Part shown: positions 57,472 to 64,000 of the stretch, piece after piece
Numbering within the stretch: the first letter of the stretch is position 1
Layout of the letters: the number at the start of each line of letters is the position of its first letter
Assembly (NCBI GenBank): GCA_048772705.1
Contig: JBLWGC010000205.1
Coordinates: 62,001 to 126,000 of the forward strand
Length of the DNA stretch: 64,000 bases
DNA from: Leidyana gryllorum EB-2025a
Lineage: Eukaryota; Protista; Apicomplexa
Direction: 5' to 3'
Made by a program: the position numbers and the translations under genes
The notes under the pieces: generated by a model
What the model was told of the DNA's origin: nothing
What the model saw: the letters and a program-made list of their open reading frames with translations, nothing else
Databases searched by the model: none

Positions 57472-60456
57472 TTAGGATGATGGACTGAGCTGATGAAAAG
57501 CGCGACGCAAAAATGACCCTCTCCCAGCCACTCTTTCCGGCGATTGGGCCACTGGTGCTGGCACCGTCTGTAGAAAATCACAATTTATGCTAAGATCCCA
57601 CACATTTACACTGACCTGCGGCTCCATCGGTGGCCCGTCATTTTCCGTGTGAATCGAAGAACTACTCGCTCGACGGATCACCTCAGAGTGTGATAGAGCC
57701 CGCGATATCACTCGTCGCGATCGATCGACGTTCAAATGCCGATGCTGCAAACAACAAAGAGCCAATATTGCTTTGTTCAACATAAACCACGGACATGGAG
57801 ACGGAGACACACACTTGCAGCACACACATGTTATCACACATACACTTCAATCACACAACTCACTGGGTACTCACCAGGGTATATCGGCGTCTGAACGGTG
57901 ACCAATAGCGGTGTATTGGCTCCAATGACAATCCCAAGGCCGTCAAGGCAGTGTACCTGGAAGGTGGGCTGGGGCTCGGAGGGCAAGAGTCCGCCCGGAC
58001 ACTGTCATCGCTCTCGGGTACATGAAAGCCTCCGTGATCCTCGTCCTGTGCCAGGGGAGACACCAGTGGGGGCAGATCGTCATCCAGTAGAGAGCGAAGG
58101 AGAGCCTCGAGCTCCCGAGTGCGAAGGAGGACATCAAAGAGGACCGCGACCAGGAGAATCTGGATGCAGTGCCAGAGGCGGATGATGTGTGTGAGTTCCA
58201 GGAAGCAGATTTGTACATAGGTGGCGAGAGCGTCGGATTCCATGTCATCAGTGACAGCTTCATACCATCCGAAGAGTGACCAGCCAAAGAAGAATGACTC
58301 TCCTCCGTTCCAGGTGAGATAGCGGATGAGATCAGTGATCCATCCGATGATTTTGACTATGTACCTGATACCATAGACAGAGCTTTGTTCCTTCAAAAAG
58401 TCTCGATATGTGTGTCCGGCCTTGACGATTGCCTCTAAGCGTTTGCGTCTGAGGGGATTTTTGTCACCATAGCGAGGCGACTCCCCGGTGGTATCGGCGG
58501 CCATCTTTTGCAGTCGGTTGAGTCGATGTTCAATGGCGACTCCGAAGCCGAGTTCCCGCACCAAACTCAGCTCGACGATTTTCTCTCGGAGCACTCGGGC
58601 GTCGCGAGCGTCAACATCTCTTGGGGGGGAGGGAGTGATGGGCGGAGGAGTGCGGGAGGTTGACTCACCTCATAGCGGCTGCCAGTGTGCAGACTGCTCG
58701 TCGACCATTGCTATTCCCCCACGCGAATTCAGGCAACAAGTGTTGACAGATCACTCGAAGTGATTTCTGATTATGGGAGAGTGACGCGATTGTGGATTGT
58801 GTCTATGGAACTCACAGACAGAACGTGGCTGGCATAGAGACTTTCCCAGGCTTCTTCGGTGAATAGGTGGCGTTCCAACTGTGTGTCGAGGGGTTTGTGG
58901 CAGTCGTTTGGGGCTGCTTACCGCAAAGTCGAGTTCGATGGCTATTTTCTCGGCATTTTCAACGGCTCCAGCGATGGTGCTGAGGATCTCTTTGAGCATT
59001 GTGAGTCTCCGGAAGGTTCTGCATCGAGAGGGAGTGAGCGTTGGAGAGCGAAGAAGTATCGGTGGGTCTCACGTTTCTGACTCAGACTTGACTTGGGTTT
59101 CGAGATCGCTGATACGGTCTGCGAGTGCCAAGAGAGGGGGTTCTGCTTCTTGACGACTGGTGGCGGGTTCGGTTTGTCGAGCTTTGAAGTCCTCTTCCAA
59201 TTCTTGTTCTAATGACTTCATTCTCTCATTAGTCCGGGCCCAGGGGTCGATGGGGTTGTTGGACGAAATGGGAGTTATGGGACAGGTTTGGCTGAAGATG
59301 ACCGTCTCGAGGAGCGCCCGGAGCGGAGAGTTCTTTTCGGAAGCCGCGTCAAAGTGTGTCTTTTCGTGATCTGACCATCGTGTCAGAACGGCTTCAGTGG
59401 CAGTGTGGGCGGGTGTAGACTCGTTGCCGAGGGGCCTCGGAGTGGGGTGGGGGTGATCTATCCAGCGTCTTTTGAGATTCTCCAGTTCTCGGGACATTGG
59501 GGGATTGGAGGGATTGGTATTGGGGGGAGGGTTGAATCGAAACTTGTCGGTGGAGTTGAAAGCAGAGAGGAAGGGGTCGGAGGCGTCGGAGGTCTCGACG
59601 ACCATTGAAGCGTCGGAAGCCGCAGAGGACGAGGAATCGGCATTGTTATTGTCTCCTTCGGCCCGTTGCTGTTGTTGGGCGGCGGTGGTTTGGTCGGCAG
59701 TGCTGCTGCCTCTGACAGATAGACGGGACTCCAATCCCTGCATGAGTGTGGCACCGAAGGCTCTGAATTGTGTGAGGGTACACAGCGGGGCGTCGGCGAC
59801 GGGGTAGTACGAGATGAATTGAACCTTGAGATGTGTCACCCAACAGCCCGGAGACCGCAGTCGGGAGCAGAATTGTCGAAGGTCAAACATTTCAGTCGCT
59901 CGAGAGGGGTCCATGGCCAGAAGGCCCAGGAGACGCCACTCTGAGGTCGGGAAGGACGACGCTCCGAACAAAGCCGCCTTTCTATATATTCCAGCCGTAG
60001 TTTGGAGGGAGGGATCTTTCCGGACCACTTACCCATAGTACGACGAGAAGAGCTCAGTAAAGTGCAGTGAGACAAACTCCACAGAGATTTGCTCTGGCAG
60101 TGCCACAACAAACCACGAAGTCTGGTCACAGGGACCGATCATATAGTCCTCAGACTTGGGGCTCTGCAGGGCGAGTTGAAACGCGGGGCGGAGCTGTGCC
60201 TTACGAGAACACTTTTGACTTTGCTGAGACTGAGTGCGGCCTCAACGATCCGAGCTCCCGAGTCAAAGGACGCAAAGTCATACCGATGTCGGACTTCTGC
60301 ATAGATATGGGGACTGGAAGAGGTCCAATGATATATGGCCTCGGGTCTTTCTTCGACCGCCGCTATCAACGCCCGGCTCGGCGGCTCTGAAGACCCCACC
60401 ACATCGCCAACTGCTGCCAGAACCCCCAGACACCACACAAGCAGCAGCGAAATCAT
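57472..60456 (-). CDS. Mid-SUN domain protein (SLP1/SUCO-like), multi-exon
   Basis: Signal peptide, YDFASFDSGARIVEA, WFVVALPEQI, FPTSEWRLLG and LCTLTQFRAFG, then coiled coil and a C-terminal TM helix. Confidence 0.82.
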
Positions 60457-60485
60457 CCAACCATTTGACTCTTCTGCAAAAAACG

Positions 60486-61553
60486 ATGACGGAACCCATT
60501 GACGTCAACGAAGACGACCTCCTCTTCCTCGTCGAACAGGGGGTTTCCGAAACCAAAGCAAATGAAGCCCTCATAGCCGTCGGTGGCTCAGGCAGTAAGC
60601 TCAAAACCCCCAGTCGTCGCCTTTACTGTCCCCCCCCCTCAGCCACGGAAGCCCTCGACTGGATCAGCGCAACAGCCGCCAAAGAGGCCGAGGCTAATGG
60701 AGGCGAGGCCGAGGAGACAGGCCCGAAGCTCTCCCCCGAGGAGAGAGCGCTCAAAGTGGCAGAGCTGCAGAAACGTATCCGTGATAAGCGGGCTGCCGCC
60801 GAGAAGAAGGCGGCTCAGGAGGCCGAACGCAACCGCATCGAGTCGACTAAACAGTTGATGGAGGCCAAACGAAAGTTCGAAGAGGCCGAAGCACAACGCC
60901 TCGCAGACCAGATTGCCCGCGAACGAGAGGAAAAGAAACAGGCCGAAGCCAGACAACGTGAACTGCTGAAACAAGAGTACCGCGAACGCTTTGGCAAAGA
61001 GGTGAGTTCATCACTTCAATCAGACGTTGGTGACACAACTTTGACTAACTCGACGACTCAATTCGCAGCTCAGTGACGATGTGTTGGCTGAAGAGGCCTT
61101 CAACAAGAAGACTCCGCGGGAAAAGGTGGTCGCGTTGATCGGCATGTTGAAGGCCGAGCTCAACAAAAGCCCAGAGAATAAGACTAAAGTTATCGACTGC
61201 GCTCGGATCTGTCGAATATATTGCGGAAACCTCAAAGACAATCCCACAGACCCAAAGTTTCAGCAAATCAGGTAATCACACTCAAGGTGTGCCACACCAA
61301 ATGTGTGTTTGTTCAGATTGGGGAACAAAGCGTTCAGCGAAAAAGTGGCTCCATTCAGCGATGCCTTACGTCTATTGGACATTCTCGGCTTCAAGAAGAC
61401 GGGTACGTTCATTCATTACTCAACCCGATCGCTAACACGATGATATGATATCTCACAGAGGATGGCGAGTTTCTCAAAATGAACGGAATGCCTGATGGGT
61501 TCCTACTGGGCGAGGCTATAAAGTTCTTGGACTTCCTTCTCCGCCAAGCCTGA
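60486..61553 (+). CDS. UBA + coiled-coil + PUB domain protein (p97 cofactor-like), multi-exon
   Basis: UBA-like LVEQGVSETKANEAL...EALDWI. PUB YCGNLKDNPTDPKFQQIR|LGNKAFSEKV...LDILGF. Confidence 0.82.
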
Positions 61554-61645
61554 CCGACAGACACCGAAGACGCCCTTGAAGGAGGGCGCGCCTACTCCCG
61601 TCTGATTGACTGACTGCACGCTGGTGTCTGTGGAGGGGAGTGGAG

Positions 61646-61700
61646 GCGCCTTTGTTGAGGGAGTCGCCTTTGTTGAGGGAAGCGCCTTTGTTGAGGGAGC
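61646..61700. repeat. 18-bp tandem repeat (CGCCTTTGTTGAGGGA core) x3 between convergent genes
   Basis: gcgcctttgttgagggag tcgcctttgttgagggaa gcgcctttgttgagggag. Confidence 0.9.
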
Positions 61701-61721
61701 CGCTTTTCTCCAGGCCACCGA

Positions 61722-62744
61722 TTAAGCGTCCCAAACACATTTGAGCTCAGAGAGGCTATGGAGGAATTTCTGCCAGAGGAGAGTCTTAGTGGTGCATTTG
61801 GATTGGGGAAGTTGTCCATCTTGTTTGGTCCAGAGGTCATCACAGCACTCATTCCAGAGGCCGAGGGCCTTTGAAGTGAGGCAGCTGGAGGAGTTGGACT
61901 GGGGTCTTAGTTTGTAGAGCCAAAGATTTTTCAAGGACTCCTCGTACTCATTGTATGGTTTGGTGCTCTCCAGTATCTCTGCGGCAAAGAGGTGACAGGC
62001 CGCTTCTTCGAGCTCTTTGTATTCCGCTCTCGTGGTGCAATAGTCTCTGAACGCTCCGTCCATCGCCTGGAAGGCCAAGGAGCGGAGAGCGGGCGTATTG
62101 CGTATGATGAGTCCCCGATTGATGCTCATGAGTGCGTGTATGAGTTCGTGTGCTAAGACAACAGTGGTGACTACTCGTGGGAGGCCTCCGAGGATACAGA
62201 TCTCTTTGATCAATGTGGTTCCAATGTCATCGTTGAGGACATCGAGTGAGCAGAACCCAAAGATGGTATGGGACTGATTCCAGTGTCCGCAAGTGGTGAC
62301 TTTGGGGCCTTTGCCGATGCGTTGGAGTCCCTTTGCTTTCAGTTTGACTGGGATCCGACTGAGTGCCCTTCGTACATCCTTTTCGATTTTGAGAACGTTT
62401 TCCATTTTGCGAAGGATAGTCTCCCGCAAAACGTGTGCTTCTTTGTAATTGCGAACGGGAGCGGTTATCGAACACGAATCGCACACGTAGCCCTGTTCCA
62501 CCACGGATCCGTCGGCCAAATCCTGTTCGTTCATCTTCCTCTCGCAGGCCAAACATATCTCGATCTCTGCACTCGCACAACATGGCCCGATTATTTGATC
62601 CTCCTTCCAATGGGGGTGGACATAGCACTCATAATATGCTGATCCTTCAGTCCCTTTTTGCTTTGGGAGCCTCAACCCACAGACATCACACCAACTCTGG
62701 CGCTCTCGGGGCAATTTCCGGTCAAGTGGCTGAGCCTCGGGCAT
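61722..62744 (-). CDS. DA1-like zinc metallopeptidase (LIM-like Cys/His domain + HExxH)
   Basis: CDVC...HPHW...CLACER...CDSC, then ICILGGLPRVVTTVVLAHELIHA and LEEAACHLFA. Start probably at 62744 (MPEAQ), because the ATG at 62840 lies in the upstream gene's last exon. Confidence 0.8.
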   Translation of the reverse strand: MPEAQPLDRKLPRERQSWCDVCGLRLPKQKGTEGSAYYECYVHPHWKEDQIIGPCCASAEIEICLACERKMNEQDLADGSVVEQGYVCDSCSITAPVRNYKEAHVLRETILRKMENVLKIEKDVRRALSRIPVKLKAKGLQRIGKGPKVTTCGHWNQSHTIFGFCSLDVLNDDIGTTLIKEICILGGLPRVVTTVVLAHELIHALMSINRGLIIRNTPALRSLAFQAMDGAFRDYCTTRAEYKELEEAACHLFAAEILESTKPYNEYEESLKNLWLYKLRPQSNSSSCLTSKALGLWNECCDDLWTKQDGQLPQSKCTTKTLLWQKFLHSLSELKCVWDA

Positions 62745-62796
62745 GGTTCGTGGCCGCGCACCTTTGCTGTCCCCACCAGTGCATGCTGCAGAGTTT

Positions 62797-64000
62797 CTAT
62801 ACGCTTTGAACGACGATGAACTCTTCTTTCGCTTCGACATCGGCCGACTCTGTCCAGCAGTCAGCTTTACCTAAATCGATCATTCTGAATCCACCAAAAC
62901 CCGATACAAATTTACTCACAAGTATAAATCACCACAATACCCCAGAACATTGTGTGATTGAATGCGGGACCGACTTCTCCAGCCTCCAACAGACTGCTCA
63001 GAGTACTCAGAACCTGCATCTCATAGATTCGAGGCCCTTTGCAACTCGGACATGACGGAGGCTTAGCAATGCCCTTGACCAACAGTCTCAATTGCTGTCG
63101 TTCCGGGTCATCGTCCACTCCAGCCGGGGGCGGTGTACCCAACCACAAAGGCTTTCCTCCCCAGTCGTGACGTATTATCTGTTCCGGCGCCACTCGCATT
63201 CTCTTCTCAAACTTTAAGGTCACTTTATCCACTGACGGGTCGCAGTCTGTATCGACCCCACCACTACGATCGACTTTGGCCGCATAGACCTGAGCTGACC
63301 CGCCGATACCGCTCTCAGACACTTTTTTATACGCCACCTCCAATTCGGTGGCTCTCAGATCTGAAACAGACAGAATATCGAGAAAAGTGCGTGTGGAGTC
63401 GAAATCTTACCCAAATCGTCCAGAAGTCCGTTCTCCAGTCCCTCGGGTTGTTGATCCACCTCGAGTGTGTAACACGGTATTTCAGGCACCTCTGAGGGCA
63501 GTCTCACAGCTGTCCACGCCCGTCGCTTTGGTTCCTTGACAGTCGAGACGGGGACCGGAGCTGTTGTGCCGCTCAGACATAGTCCTTTCAACTGGTCCGC
63601 CAACTCAGCTATAGACTCTGTGGGAAAAGAGCTGTCGAAAATGGAGGCGGAAGTCGAAAAGTCAAACGGTGAAGGGAGTTTCTCTCTCGCTGCATCGGTA
63701 TCTTCAGCCGCCGTTGCCGCTTTCTCCGTCGGCTTAACCCGTCCGACTCTCACCACCTTCCACCCTTTCTGACTCAGATGGCACGGAGCATTTCTTCCCG
63801 GCCGCGCTAAACGAGGATCGCCCTCAAACTCCTCCTCCGACGATGACCAATCTGCCGAAGAGACCTCACTGTCACTTTCCGCCCCCCCAGCGCGATGTTG
63901 GGCCTCTCTATCGTCCTCTGCGTCTTCCGATAACGGGACATTGGCCCCACCCTTTGGCTCCTCGTCCGATAACGGGACATTGGCCCCACTCGTCTTTGGC
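62797..64000 (-). CDS. PDCD2-like (PDCD2_C domain; Tsr4-type uS5 chaperone family), 5' partial
   Basis: FEKRMRVAPEQIIRHDWGGKPLW, CPSCKGPRIYEMQV, WGIVVIYT|C. The final exon CKADCW...EEFIVVQSV* ends at 62797. Confidence 0.85.

Noticed and set aside
61646-61700. Short direct repeats as a CRISPR array (also the 23-mer pair at about 63927-63990)
   Set aside because: They are tandem or only two copies, with no unique spacer series and no cas genes, in a eukaryotic context.
62797-62840. Dual-coding overlap of the PDCD2-like last exon with the DA1-like ORF start
   Set aside because: A downstream Met at 62744 precedes all conserved DA1 motifs, so no overlap is required.

Overview
This is eukaryotic, intron-containing and extremely gene-dense DNA, not a prokaryotic locus. 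An alveolin/IMC protein, a RASP/CERLI-like C2+PH protein and short (about 40-50 nt) GT-AG introns point to an apicomplexan, most plausibly a gregarine-like lineage (inference). I count about 31 protein-coding genes. Recognisable ones are acyl-protein thioesterase, NatB catalytic subunit, a histone H1-like K/A/P-rich protein, DRG2, NADP glutamate dehydrogenase, a divergent ADF-H protein, PTB/hnRNP L, a Sec7(+TBC-like) protein, alveolin, CK2 beta, ATG16L-like, WDR74/Nsa1, RASP/CERLI-like, DENND6, NDOR1, RRP36, a SKIP31-like F-box protein, pyruvate decarboxylase, a multi-C2 protein, proteasome beta-7, a SUN-domain SLP1-like protein, a UBA-PUB protein, a DA1-like peptidase and PDCD2-like. The most striking observations are: (1) genes run in long same-strand blocks with 7-36 nt gaps, a possible ATGA overlap, abutting convergent stop codons and 29-38 nt divergent gaps, which suggests polycistronic or overlapping transcription; (2) the PTB gene has a 35-nt frameshifting micro-exon that resembles a PTB skip-NMD autoregulatory switch; (3) there are plant-type ubiquitin-system genes (DA1-like, SKIP31-like) and a candidate horizontally acquired 1200-aa protein. 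I recognised no rRNA, tRNA, CRISPR array or transposon. Exon structures were worked out by eye and family calls come from remembered motifs, not database searches.
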